DNA of 64,000 nucleotides, from positions 58,900,001-58,964,000 of the forward strand of contig OX597820.1 in the NCBI GenBank assembly GCA_951406725.2, in the 5' to 3' direction. The notes below the pieces were generated by a model. It had not been told where the DNA came from. It searched no databases and saw only the letters and a list, made by a program, of their open reading frames with translations. A program made the position numbers and the translations under genes. This document shows, piece by piece, positions 25,399 through 38,277 of this stretch. How positions within the stretch are numbered: position 1 is the first letter of the stretch; each line of letters begins with the position of its first letter. The DNA is from Octopus vulgaris. Its lineage: Eukaryota.

Positions 25399-27204
25399 GA
25401 CACCTTCAGGGAAGCATGTATGAGACTTGGCCTTCTAGAGGATGACTCCCAGTGGGACGCCACGATGGCAGAGGGTGCTTTACTGCAAATGCATTCGGCC
25501 CTACGACATCTTTTCGCAATCCTTCTTCAAAAATGTCAGCTTAGTGATCCACTAAGTCTCTGGATGAAATACAGGGATGACATGTCGCACGACTTCTTAC
25601 GTACGGCTCAGCAACACTGCCCTTCTGCCGAGATCACGTTCACCAACTTCATTTACAATTTTGCGCTCATTCAACTCGAAGACGCTGTCATCGATATGGG
25701 TGGGTCTGCTTTAACAGAGTACGGCCTTCCACCACCCACACGTGAACACGCCAATGTTATGTCTGCTGAATTGTTACGCGAAACTTCCTACTGCATTGAG
25801 GAACTGCACCAGTACGTCCAAGATAATGAACCACGGCTGCTTCCAGACCAGCGCATAGCCTACAACACCATCGTAGACTCTGTCAGACAGCAACGTGGGG
25901 GGATTTTCTTCCTTGATGCACCCGGCGGCACTGGCAAAACCTTCGTCACTAAACTAATTCTGGCAGAGGTCAGACGCAACACGGACATTGCCCTGGCTGT
26001 AGCTTCCTCTGGTATCGCGGCCACGTTGCTTCCGGGTGGCAGAACCGCCCACTCTGCCTTCAGACTCCCGCTCGATCTGGCAAAGTCCGAGTCACCTATC
26101 TGCAACATCGCCAAGAACTCAGAACAGGCCGACATTCTGCGCAGATGCAAACTCATCGTATGGGACGAGTGCACTATGGCACACAAAGGCGCCCTTGAGG
26201 CACTGGACAGGTCCCTGCAAGACATCAGAGACTCTACGGCCCCCATGGGAGGATTAACTTTACTTCTTTCTGGAGACTTCAGGCAGACTCTACCTGTTAT
26301 TCCAAAAGGAACCCGTGCCGATGCCGTGCGCGCGTGCCTTAAGTCGTCAGCTCTTTGGGCACATGTGCGGCCCTTGCACCTCCAAACTAACGTGCGCGCG
26401 CAGTTAATTGGTGACAGCGGATCTGCTGCATTCTCCAGGGACCTCTTATCGCTCGGTGAAAATAGGATGCTGTCTGATGCGGATGGCTACGTTCAATTGG
26501 ACTCACTTTGCACCATTGTCGACACCCCTGCTAGCCTCCGGGACGCTGTCTTCCACGACCTACAAAACAATTTACGCGACCTAAAATGGCTGGCAGGCAG
26601 AGCTATTCTCGCACCCAAAAATACAACCGTCAACTCCATCAATATCCAGCTACTTGAAGCTATTCCTGGTGATGTCCACATCTACAAATCTATAGATAGG
26701 ACAGCAGACCCCGCCCAGCTTGCCGATTATCCTGTTGAATTCCTGAATTCACTTGAACCGCCAGGCCTGCCACCACACATCCTGAAGTTAAAAGTCGGTG
26801 CGCCCATTATGCTCATCAGGAATTTGGTTCCACCTAAACAGTGCAACGGCACACGTTTGGTTGTGAAACATTTGGCACCACATTTAATAACGGCCACAAT
26901 ACTTACCGGTTGTGGGAAGGGAGAGGACGTCTTCATTCCACGGATGCACCTTCAACCGTCGGGCGCTGACCTACCAATCCACTTCAGGCGTTCTCAGTTT
27001 CCTGTTAAACTCTGCTTCGCAATGTCCATCAATAAATCCCAAGGCCAAACGCTACAAGTCGCTGGGTTACATTTGGGCGAACAGTGCTTCGCCCACGGTC
27101 AACTCTACGTGGGCTGTTCACGCGTTGGGAGGCGCAATGATGTTTTCATGTTTTCGCCCAAACGGACAGCTAGGAACATCGTATATACAGAAGTATTCCA
27201 GTGA
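25399..27204 (+). CDS. Helitron RepHel C-terminal PIF1-family (SF1B) helicase, in frame with the upstream ORF
   Basis: FFLDAPGGTGKT, IVWDECTM, GDFRQTLPV, FAMSINKSQGQT, HGQLYVGCSRV; 21 nt in-frame between the TGA and ATG 25420. Confidence 0.9.
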   Translation, partial: DTFREACMRLGLLEDDSQWDATMAEGALLQMHSALRHLFAILLQKCQLSDPLSLWMKYRDDMSHDFLRTAQQHCPSAEITFTNFIYNFALIQLEDAVIDMGGSALTEYGLPPPTREHANVMSAELLRETSYCIEELHQYVQDNEPRLLPDQRIAYNTIVDSVRQQRGGIFFLDAPGGTGKTFVTKLILAEVRRNTDIALAVASSGIAATLLPGGRTAHSAFRLPLDLAKSESPICNIAKNSEQADILRRCKLIVWDECTMAHKGALEALDRSLQDIRDSTAPMGGLTLLLSGDFRQTLPVIPKGTRADAVRACLKSSALWAHVRPLHLQTNVRAQLIGDSGSAAFSRDLLSLGENRMLSDADGYVQLDSLCTIVDTPASLRDAVFHDLQNNLRDLKWLAGRAILAPKNTTVNSINIQLLEAIPGDVHIYKSIDRTADPAQLADYPVEFLNSLEPPGLPPHILKLKVGAPIMLIRNLVPPKQCNGTRLVVKHLAPHLITATILTGCGKGEDVFIPRMHLQPSGADLPIHFRRSQFPVKLCFAMSINKSQGQTLQVAGLHLGEQCFAHGQLYVGCSRVGRRNDVFMFSPKRTARNIVYTEVFQ

Positions 27205-27325
27205 AGACAAGACATTGCAACGTCCACATGCACCTTCGTTCCCTGGAGGGAAAGGACTACATTGGGATTAGTCGTTGCCTACTAGGGGCTCTTACATACC
27301 CGGGCAACGCCGGGCTATGCTGCTA

Positions 27326-27368
<43 letters not shown>

Positions 27369-27568
27369 TACATAATATATATATACATACATACATTTGT
27401 GTGTGTGTATGAGTGTATGTGCATGTGTGTGTGTGTGTTTGTCTTCCCACTATCGTTTGGCAAACGATGTTGTATTTACGACCCCATAACTTAGCGGTTC
27501 GGCATAAGAGACCGATAAAATAAGTACTAAGCTCACAAAGAAGAAGTACTAGGGGCGATTTCCTCGAC

Positions 27569-28814
<1,246 letters not shown>

Positions 28815-28819
28815 GTTGA

Positions 28820-29020
28820 GGCGCAATGGCCCAGTGGTTAGGGCAGCGGACTCGCGGTCATAGGATTGCGGTTTCGATTCCCAGACCGGGCGTTGTGAGT
28901 GTTTATTGAGCGAAAACACCTAAAAGCTCCACGAGGCTCCGGCAGGGGATGGTGGTGATCCCTGCTGTACTCTTTCACCACAACTTTCTCTCACTCTTAC
29001 TTCCTGTTTCTGTTGTACCT
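28820..29020 (+). mobile_element. tRNA-derived SINE
   Basis: A box TGGCCCAGTGG (28827-28837), B-box-like GGTTTCGATTCCC (28870-28882), followed by non-tRNA body. Confidence 0.7.
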
Positions 29021-29054
29021 ATATTATATAAATATATATATATTGTTTATGTTT

Positions 29055-31230
29055 TCCAGTTTCAGCTCTTGAGCTGTGGCTATGCTGGGGCACCGCCATT
29101 TGGTGTTGCTACATGATTTTACCTCACGAATGCTTTTTAGCAACTTCCATTTGGTGTATGAGCGAGTTTGATGCAGCTGCCCTCATCTGCACCTCCTGCC
29201 GTGAAGTTGGTTCATCCTGGACACCTGACAGGAAGAGATCCAGTCCTACTTTAAAGACATCCGCATCCACCCCATGCAGGTCCCTCAGGTTCTTCGGGAG
29301 GATATTGAAGAGCTGTGGGCCTCGGAAGCCCAGGCTATCACAGTATCTGATGGCAAATTTGGAGTCCTTGGCACCACGCAGTGGCGCCCAGTTCTGGCAT
29401 TTGTGTAACTCTCGATGCCAAAGTTTGGGACAATTCCTTCCAGGATCTTCCAGATGTATATTATGGCATATCTTTCTCGCCTACGCTCCAAGGAATAGAG
29501 TTTTAATCTCTTGAGTCTTTCCCAGTATCTTATAAGCTGCACAGAGGCTATCTTCTTCGTGTAGCTTCGTTGGATCGCCTCAAGTTCTGTGATCAACTTG
29601 ACACTGGATGGTGACCATAGCTGAGAGCAACAGTCAAAGTGGCTTAGGACAAGTGTCTTCCAGAGGACCATCATGGTTTCTTGTTCTCTTGTTCTAAAGG
29701 TTCTAAGAATCCATCCGGCCAGCCGTCTACATTTCATTGCCAGTTTAGCAACATGTACATGAAAGGTTGCGTCATCGCTCATGTAAATACCCAGGTCACG
29801 CACTGATCGTGCCTTTGGTATTACGATCCCTCCGGGTCCAGTGTATTCATTGGGTATTGCATTCAGTCTTGCATGCTGATAGCATAAAGCTTGAAACTTT
29901 TTAGCATTGAACTGCATGCTATTCTTTTCAGCCCACTTGTATATTTTGTCCAGCTCACATTGCAGGTGCTTAGTGTCTTCAGGGTTCTGTATTGCCTGTG
30001 AAACTTTTGTATAATCTGCATAACTTGTGATCGTGGCTCTCTGCGTGGCTGAGGGCATGTCTGAGAGGGCCATTATGAACAGTAGTGGTCCCAAAACAGT
30101 GCCCTGCGGAACACCGCTCACTATTTGCATGTTAATGGAAGTGGCCCCATTGGCTACTACCACCTGACTTCTATCCTTCAGAAAGTCATGAAGCCATTCT
30201 CCCAATTTTCCAACTATGCCAAGATCACGCAGTTTGTTACATATCATTCCATGGTCGACTTTATCAAAGGCCTTTGCAAAGTCGAGATATATCACTTCCA
30301 CATTTGAGTGGTTGAGCAGTCGTTTCAGCACCCAATCATAGTTTTGTAGGAGCTGAGTTAAGCAGCTTCTTCCTGGTCAGAAACCATGTTGGGTGTCAGG
30401 CAGCAAGTCATTTTCTTCAAGGAAGGTGATTAGTTTCCTTATTACTATTCGTTCCATGACCTTGCTGATGTGTGAGGTCAGAGAGATAGGTCTGTAGTTC
30501 TTGGCCTCCGCTCTGCTACCTCCTTTATGAATAGGGCATATTTTACCTTCCTTCAGTTTTCTTGGAAGTTTGCCAGTTGCAAGGAAGCTCTGAAAGAGAA
30601 ACTGCAGTGGTCTTGCTAGTACTCTCTTACATACTTTTAGAAGGATTGCCGGGAATCCATCGGGACCAGTAGCTGAGTTTGTTTTCATCTCATCTATAGC
30701 CTTTATTACATCGTCTTCCTTTATATTGATGTAATCAATCATCGCCGCCTCTGACCCCATATCTGCAGTGGTGAAGAAGTCAGTTGGATTGCTGATTTGG
30801 AAATGCCCAAGGGGTGGGGTGAAAACACTCTTGAATTGCTCATTTAGTATTTCACTTACCCTCATTGGATTTCCTGTGAGTGTGCCATCCCTTTCAAGGA
30901 GTGGCCCTATCCTACAGTGCACCGTAGCTGTTTCTTTGGCATACCTGTAGAAAGCTCTGGGGTTAGATTTTATGTTGTCTATAGCCCAGGCTTCTTTGTC
31001 TGCTCTTTCCTTTTCATGGGGGAGTTGCAGACATTTTTCAATTTCCAACAGTTTTATTTTCAGGCGGGACTTTTCACTGTTTTCAATTTGTTTGTTTAGG
31101 CGATTTGAGATTTTGTACGCCGTCTCATTAGAATTTTCCTCTCTCTGGGGATTTTGTTCTTGTGTACAGTGGCCTTTCTCTCTGGGACACATTTGTAGCA
31201 TATGGCTTGCATTACAGGCGGTATATATAT
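29055..31230 (-). mobile_element. 5'-truncated, degenerate CR1-type LINE
   Basis: ORFs 30377-31201 (KNYRPISLTSH, QHGF) and 29285-30331 (YLDFAKAFDKVDH, SGVPQGTVLGPLLF, YADY for YADD, LERRRER). Confidence 0.88.
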
Positions 31231-31530
31231 TTGCAAAGGAGCCTTCACTTTCATCGCTACCTGGTGGTTACCGCCGGTTGACGAGGGACAACAATCCCGA
31301 AACTAGTTCGAGCCTATCACTCAGGCTTGCGAGGAAGGGATGGCCTCCCTTTGCACATACTCCAAGGACATAGATATTGTGTCTAAAGCGAGCTAGAGAC
31401 GAAGATCTCTTGGGGCTATAAAGCTACAGTAACACCCCCTCCCCAATGTGGTTAGCCATGATAAGATGGCTTCTATACTTTACATTATTGAGCGATTACT
31501 GTTTCAATCTCATTCTGGGATTAAATTATG

Positions 31531-31716
<186 letters not shown>

Positions 31717-31905
31717 TATATATATAAATATATATATATAAAATATATATAATATATATATATATATAAATATATATATATTTATATATATATTTATATA
31801 AATATATATTTATATATATATATATATTTATAAATATATATATTTGTATATATATATTTATATATATATATTTATATTGGTATATATATATTTATATACA
31901 ACAAC

Positions 31906-32182
31906 AATTGCAGCGTGGAAGGTGTTTATAAGCCATTTAAGAAACACACAAAAGCCGTTCGATTCACTTCAACATTTAAATTTAATTTGTCAAAATATTT
32001 TCGTCGCTAAAATCCGCGACCTGTTCACTGACAAAGTCCGTGCAGCACGGACTTTGTCAGTGAACAGGTCGCGGATTTTAGCGACGAAAATATTTTGACA
32101 AATTAAATTTAAATGTTGAAGTGAATCGAACGGCTTTTGTGTGTTTCTTAAATGGCTTATAAACACCTTCCACGCTGCAATT
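31906..32182. repeat. Perfect palindrome (138 bp arms, 1 nt spacer at 32044) with a hammerhead-like motif in each arm
   Basis: AATTGCAGCGTGG...CCGTGC A GCACGG...CCACGCTGCAATT; flanked by (TA)n; ~60 bp one-sided extension. Confidence 0.92.
32053..32102 (+). ncRNA. Hammerhead-like motif (G3-C8 variant); mirror copy at 31986-32035(-)
   Basis: TTTGTCA-GTGAACA-G-GTCGC GGATTTTA GCGAC-GAAAA-TA-TTT-TGACAAA then ATTAAA. Confidence 0.55.
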
Positions 32183-32245
32183 ATTTTCGTTTCAGCACAC
32201 GATCTCAGATCAAATTACTTGCTATGCGAGTACATCTCCGTAATA

Positions 32246-32320
<75 letters not shown>

Positions 32321-32321
32321 G

Positions 32322-32404
<83 letters not shown>

Positions 32405-32428
32405 ATATTATATATATATATATATATA

Positions 32429-33697
32429 CGAGGGACGTTCAATATGTAATGCCCCTGACCCACTTCCCAGAGCAGTAGAGCAACGACACTTGGCACAGTT
32501 ATTAGTCTTTTCCTACATAGGAACTACCCAGAGTTATGCATTTTTCCCATCGTTTGATACAGCTCTGGAAACCGTTTTTGTAGAAGACCCCAGCTTGGTC
32601 CTCCAACCACGACGTGACTTCAGAAATCAAGGCTGCATCATCTGGGAAACGCTTTCCTTTCAAAATCAACTTCATGGCTGGGAAGAGGTGAAAATCAGAG
32701 AGTGCAAGGGGAGGAGTTCATAGCTGCACGCCTGTGCTTCTGATCTGGCGACACGTGAGTTGTGGACCGGAGCGTTGTCCTGCAGGAGGAGGATGCCTTT
32801 GCTGATCTTGCCCGCCTCTTGATTTTGATAGCTTCTCTTAATTTCCTCAAAAGTGAAGCATAATAGGCTCCTGTAATTGTGGTACCCTTTGCCAGGAAAT
32901 CTGTCATCACTACTCCGTCCTAGTCCCAGAAGACTGTGAGCATAACCTTGTCAGCGGAGGGCTGCACCCTTGCCTTCTTTGGAGGAGGTGTTTCACGGTG
33001 CTTTCACTGCATTGACTGGGCTTTGGTCTATGGATCATAGTGATGGACCCAGGTTTTATCCTGTGTGATCAGTCTTTTGAAAAATTTTGACTCATCTTCT
33101 TGGCACATCTCCAAATTCATCCTCGAGCACTCAACGCGTTCTTGCTTCTGGAAAGGTGTGAGCAACCTGGAAATCCATCTGGCAGACACCTTTTGCATAT
33201 GCAAATGGTCATGAATGATAGTTTCCACAGACCCGGTACTAATCTTGACCTTATGGGCTATTTGGCGAATAGTTATGCGTTGACCTTCCAAAATGGCAGC
33301 CTCAACTTGACGGACAGACGTCTCATCAACAGCAGAAGGGGGCGACCAGATCTGGGAGCTGTTTCCACAGAGTTCCGACTATGTTTGAATTCACAATGCC
33401 AGCGTTTTACAAGGTCATATGATGGGGCATCATCACCATAAGTTACTTTCATTTCATCAAAAGTCTCCCGTGGTGTGCGTCCTTTCAAATACAAAAACCA
33501 GATCACTGCTCAACACTCAACAGGCTCCATTTCACATATGACTCAGTTCAAACACCTGTATATCAGAAACCACAATTAGCTAAGAGCTGTAATTCGCTAC
33601 TTCATCTATAGAGGTATAAATAAGTGCACATGCAAAATTTCAGCTAGGTCAAACAACTGCAAGTGGGTCAGGGGCATTACTTATTGAACGCCCCTCG
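32429..33697 (-). mobile_element. Mariner (Tc1/mariner) transposon, transposase pseudogene
   Basis: TIRs CGAGGGACGTTCAATATGTAATGCCCCTGACCCACTT / AAGTGGGTCAGGGGCATTACTTATTGAACGCCCCTCG flanked by TA; fragments APRSGRP, KVSARWISRLLT, LITQDKTWVHHYDP, TITGAYYASLL. Confidence 0.92.
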
Positions 33698-33797
33698 TAT
33701 ATATATATTTATATATATATATATATAAATATCTATATATATATTTATATATATATATATTTAAATATATATATATATATATAAATATATATATATC

Positions 33798-33871
<74 letters not shown>

Positions 33872-33879
33872 AATATTCT

Positions 33880-34082
33880 CTTCTTGTCAGGTATCCCAGA
33901 TGAACCAACTTCACGGCAGGAGGTGCAGATGAGAGCAGCTGCATCGAACTCTCTCATGCACCAAATGACAGTTGCTAAAAAGCATTCGTGAAGTAAAACC
34001 ATGTAGCAACACCAAATGGCGGTGCCCCAGCATGGCCACAGTTCGTGAGCTGAAACTAGAATCAATCAATCAATCAATCAAT
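33880..34082 (+). mobile_element. Short 3' end of the same CR1 family as 29055-31230, (CAAT)n tail
   Basis: Similar to the reverse complement of 29055-29235; tail AATCAATCAATC. Confidence 0.8.
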
Positions 34083-34090
34083 ATAAATAC

Positions 34091-34121
<31 letters not shown>

Positions 34122-34223
34122 AATATATATATACTTTGATACTTTGATACTTTGATAGGTTTCGGCCATTATTGGCCCAGGCCATGTCTAACTTAATAGC
34201 ACCACCTGGTGAAGTCTTTCAAG

Positions 34224-36419
34224 TCAGAATTTGGGCACTATGGCCCACTCAAGTAGAGAGTTATTGTTTACAGAGACATATCCGGGTGTAGGGGGTTTAT
34301 CCGGGATTTCTTGAAGGAATCTGTCCAAAGACTTCTTGAACCCTATAGGGTCAGTTTCTGTTTTAATGTGTTTTGGTGTAATGTTAAAGAGAGCGGGGCC
34401 AATTGAGGTGAAATAATTGTGCCGTATTGTTGTTATGAGATGAGAGTGCGATTTTTGTTTTGGGCGGATGGCACGGGGCCCAAGCCTTGGATGTACCTTA
34501 AAGGTGATGCCAACATCATTTGGGCAATGCTGATGGAATATTTTCCACATCATGCAGATGATGTAGCGCTCACGACGACGTTGGAGAGAATAGAGTTTTA
34601 GCTTTTCTAGCCGACCCCAATAGTCGAGGCCTGTCATGCCATCTATCTTTTTTGTGATTGCCCTTTGAGGTGCTTCAACTTTTATGATACCTTGTATTGT
34701 GTGGGGAGACCACAGTGGACAACAGTATTCAAGGTGGGGTCGGGCAAAAGTGGAGAAGAGAAGGATAATGGTGTGGATATCTCTCGACTGGAAAGTTCTG
34801 AGAATCCAGGAACACATTCTGCGGGCCATGTCAACTTTGGTGTTTATATGAGTGGCCCAGCTTACGTTGTTGTCCACAATTACTCCCAAGTCTCTGATGT
34901 TGTTGGACGCCGCGAGAGTTTCACCTGAAGGAAGGGAGTATGGGAGTTTCAGGGCATCCTCTTTTCCAAAGTGGATTAGCTCAAATTTATCCTCGTTCAG
35001 CAGCATATTGTTTTTTTCTGCCCATTGGATAACAGCCAGTAGATCTGACTGAAGGCATGTCCGGTCACTCGCCTCATTTATGACCTTCTGTAGCTTGGAG
35101 TCATCTGCAAAGATTTTTATGTTGCTGTGCTTGATGATGTCATTAATGTCATTAATGTAAATGATGAAAAGAAGTGGGCCCAGCACAGTGCCTTGCGGAA
35201 CGCCACTACTGACTTTGGCTGGGCTTGATTTTACCCCTTCAACTACAACATGTTGAGATCTGTCTGTCAGGAAACACTTAATCCATTTCAGTAACTTTCC
35301 AGAGACACCAATGTTGGATAGTTTTTTCAATAGGATCTTGTGATCGACCCTGTCGAAGGCCTTACTGAAATCAAGGTAGATGACATCGGTGTTGGAGCCC
35401 TCTCCCAAAGCTCTCAAAATGTCCTCAAAGTGATGCAGGAGCTGCGTTAGGCAGTCCCTTCCATTACGGAACCCATGTTGGTTGGAGATCAGCCGTCTGT
35501 TGCTTTCCAGAAATTGGGTTATTCGAGATCTCACCACCCTCTCAAATACCTTGATGATATGAGAGGTGAGTGAGATCGGACGGTAATTCACTGCAAGGGA
35601 CTTGTTTCCCTTTTTGAAAACTGGGACAACAGACTGGGACAGAAGGTTTTTTGGAATATAGCCAGCATCCAGTGAGTTTCTCCACAGATTAGCAAGGGGA
35701 GATGCAAGTTGGTGTCGACACACCTTCAGGACACAAGCAGGGAACCTATCGGGGCCTACTGCTGAATTGTGTTTTATTTCGTTTATCGCCGCTAAGACAT
35801 CAGGGGCACTAAACGTTATGTCCGATATAGTGTGTTGGGGGTTGACATCACTGATACAGCCCAGATCGGCCATATCAGGATTGCTGAAAACAGAGCAGTA
35901 TTGTTTCTGCAGTATCTCGGCCATGGATTTGGCATTATCTTGGAGAGTGCCAGTTTCGTCAATTAGAGGGCCTACAGTGGAGACAGTGACCCTGCGTTTC
36001 CTCGCAAATGAAAAGAACACTTTGGGGTTGAGTTTGATTTTTTCAATGGCCCACTTCTCCTCAGCTGATCTTTGGTTATTGATGAGGGTCTTCATGCATT
36101 GTTGGAGGTTATATTTTTTGGATTCAAGCAGTGCGATAGCCGTCGAATGTGTGTGTTGCTGTTGGCAGTACTTTAGTTTGTTAATTTTTTTGTTTGTTCT
36201 TTTTATTTTTCTGATAATGGTTTTTTCTGTTTTGGGGATTCTGCACTTTTTGTTCACAGGTCTTGGTGGGGAGTGTTTTGCACATATGTCTGTGACGGTG
36301 TCTACAAAGATCTGCCAAGATGTTTTATGGTTGGTGGAGATGTGTGTATGTGTAAAGGACCAGTCAACATTTGATAGCTCGTTCCTGATTGCATCCCAGT
36401 TGGCTTTATGGAGATCCAT
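34224..36419 (-). CDS. CR1-type ORF2 reverse transcriptase part
   Basis: NYRPISLTSH, YLDFSKAFDRVDH, SGVPQGTVLGPLLF, IFADDSK, LQRRRER. Confidence 0.88.
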   Translation of the reverse strand: MDLHKANWDAIRNELSNVDWSFTHTHISTNHKTSWQIFVDTVTDICAKHSPPRPVNKKCRIPKTEKTIIRKIKRTNKKINKLKYCQQQHTHSTAIALLESKKYNLQQCMKTLINNQRSAEEKWAIEKIKLNPKVFFSFARKRRVTVSTVGPLIDETGTLQDNAKSMAEILQKQYCSVFSNPDMADLGCISDVNPQHTISDITFSAPDVLAAINEIKHNSAVGPDRFPACVLKVCRHQLASPLANLWRNSLDAGYIPKNLLSQSVVPVFKKGNKSLAVNYRPISLTSHIIKVFERVVRSRITQFLESNRRLISNQHGFRNGRDCLTQLLHHFEDILRALGEGSNTDVIYLDFSKAFDRVDHKILLKKLSNIGVSGKLLKWIKCFLTDRSQHVVVEGVKSSPAKVSSGVPQGTVLGPLLFIIYINDINDIIKHSNIKIFADDSKLQKVINEASDRTCLQSDLLAVIQWAEKNNMLLNEDKFELIHFGKEDALKLPYSLPSGETLAASNNIRDLGVIVDNNVSWATHINTKVDMARRMCSWILRTFQSRDIHTIILLFSTFARPHLEYCCPLWSPHTIQGIIKVEAPQRAITKKIDGMTGLDYWGRLEKLKLYSLQRRRERYIICMMWKIFHQHCPNDVGITFKVHPRLGPRAIRPKQKSHSHLITTIRHNYFTSIGPALFNITPKHIKTETDPIGFKKSLDRFLQEIPDKPPTPGYVSVNNNSLLEWAIVPKF

Positions 36420-37160
36420 GTTGTCAAATGGGTGGGCTGGAGGAAGGTCACTAGATTAGCTTTCGGCTGGTGGGATTTCATGTTACAGAGAACCATGTCA
36501 TGGTCTGAAAGAAGGGTTTTTTCCACTGTAACGTTATGTATAGTGTTAGTGTGGTTACTAAACACTAGGTCCAAAATGTTCTGATGTCTTGTTGGTGCAA
36601 GGACAAGTTGGGACAAGAAAAACTCATTCGTAAAGTCGAAAAGTGACTCTGCTGCTTCTTTGTCAGCGGTTGAGGCGGGAGTGCTTGGTTTCAAACAGTT
36701 TGTAGTCCAGTCAACACAGGGTAGATTGAAGTCTCCCATCATGAGTATGTTGCTAGAATGGCACTGTTGAATAAAGCACTTAATGCTGTTGAGGCATTCT
36801 TTAAAGCACAGTATGGGTGTTTGGGGCGGCCTATAGAGCCCAATTACTGTCAGGTCATTGGCTTTGTTGTGCACGGTGACTGATTCACAGTAGCCATTGG
36901 AGAATATACTATTTCCATCTGCCGTAAATGAATCATGCAGGAAAATGGCAGTTCCACCCTTCCTCCTGCCGATACGATCCGCGCGGATGGTTGTGAAATT
37001 CTTCACTCTCACTTCGGCTTCCAAGTGGGAGTTGTCAAGGTGGTTCTCAGTGAGAATGAAGAAAGGGATGTGGTGTGAATGGTTACCAACCCAGTCTTCA
37101 ATGAATTGGACCTTCCATTTTGTGCATTGATGGAAGGGCTGACACCTTGTGCATTGAGTA
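36302..37160 (-). pseudogene. APE-type endonuclease domain of the LINE, frameshifted relative to RT
   Basis: FLLNAQG.../ILTENHL...YRPP...GDFNLP...PTR..NILDLVF...SDHD. Confidence 0.8.
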
Positions 37161-37226
37161 GGAATGTGGAGGTTAGTGTAGTGGCTGGTTTTGACTGTTG
37201 CAGGGGGCTTGGATTTTTTGTGTGTG

Positions 37227-38277
37227 TTAGTGGCAGCAATGTGGGGAATTGGTGCACTGGGGTAATAGCATAGGATGGTGTTGAGTGATGGCTAGAATGT
37301 TTTTGTGTATCTCTTTTGCCATGTTCAACATGGCTAAAATAGAATTTTCCTGCTTAGGGAGCAGTTTTTGGCTGGAGGTGTGGTTGCACTGTTGGATAGG
37401 GTTGTAGTTTCCACTTTTGTTGTTGTTGTTTTTGTGTCTTCCTGAAAAGACTGGACCAGCATTACTGCAGCATGGTGTGTTTCTATTTTTATTGTTATTC
37501 AGGTTTGTGTGTTGGCTTGAGGCCCCGTTTCTGTTTGTGCGTCGGGTCCCTGGAAGATGAGTGAAGGGACAGTCACTCAGTAGACATGTTCTCTCACGTT
37601 GTGAATACCGGCAGATTTTGGGACTCCGAGTTGTGTGTGTTTTGAATTTCGATTTACTATTTGGTGGTGTTGATGTTATTGTGGGATGCGTGCTTTGGCC
37701 TTGGCCGGTAGTGCGTCTAGTGCCAGGGTAGATGCGTGAAGATGCAGTCACTATTTGTGCAGAGTCTCTGGCGCAGTGAATAGCGGCATATTTGGGGATT
37801 TCTTGTTTGTGCCGTGGGGGGCGCATTCTGCTTCCTATGTTTCTTTAAGTTTTTGTTACTGCAGTAGTATTGAGGTGGTGATGTGGGGGAAGAGGGCAGT
37901 GGTTTCTTATTTGGTTTTCTGTCGGTATTTTTGGTGATAGAAGACGATGGTGGCAGCGGTGGTGATGATGATGATGATAATTGTGGTGGTTGCTGTGAGA
38001 GCGGTGAAAAGATACTGGCATTTAGTGAATCGTCTAGTAAGCTAGAGTTGAGGAGTGGCTGTTGTTGTTCTTGTTGCTGTGGCTGTTGTTGTTGTTGTTG
38101 TGCCTGACCGATGTCAGGGTCAGCCATTGTGCTGGGAACCAGGAGTGGCTCATTCTGTTGTTGTTGTTGTTGTGGCTGCTGATTTTCTAGCTGTTGTTGT
38201 TCTTGAACTGTGAAAATATGTAGAAGCTTTTCATAATGGCCTCTTATCAGTTTGAAAGATACTTCGATATGTTTCAA
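37227..38277 (-). pseudogene. LINE ORF1-like region, Gln/Ser-rich with two C-x8-C-x4-C-x3-H fingers
   Basis: CRYSLRQRLCTNSDCIFTH and CRYSQRERTCLLSDCPFTH, separated by a frameshift near 37730. Confidence 0.65.

Larger units (their letters stand above)
21183..27326 (+). mobile_element. Full-length Helitron, ~6.1 kb
   Basis: 5' A|TC at 21182/21183, 3' CTAG|T at 27323-27327, subterminal hairpin CCCGGGCAACGCCGGG (27299-27314), RepHel coding region; empty site visible in the left arm at the (TA)n ~7270-7300. Confidence 0.95.

Noticed and set aside
28820-28892. tRNA-like sequence
   Set aside because: Has A/B boxes but no proper acceptor stem or terminator and continues into a repeat body; treated as a SINE head
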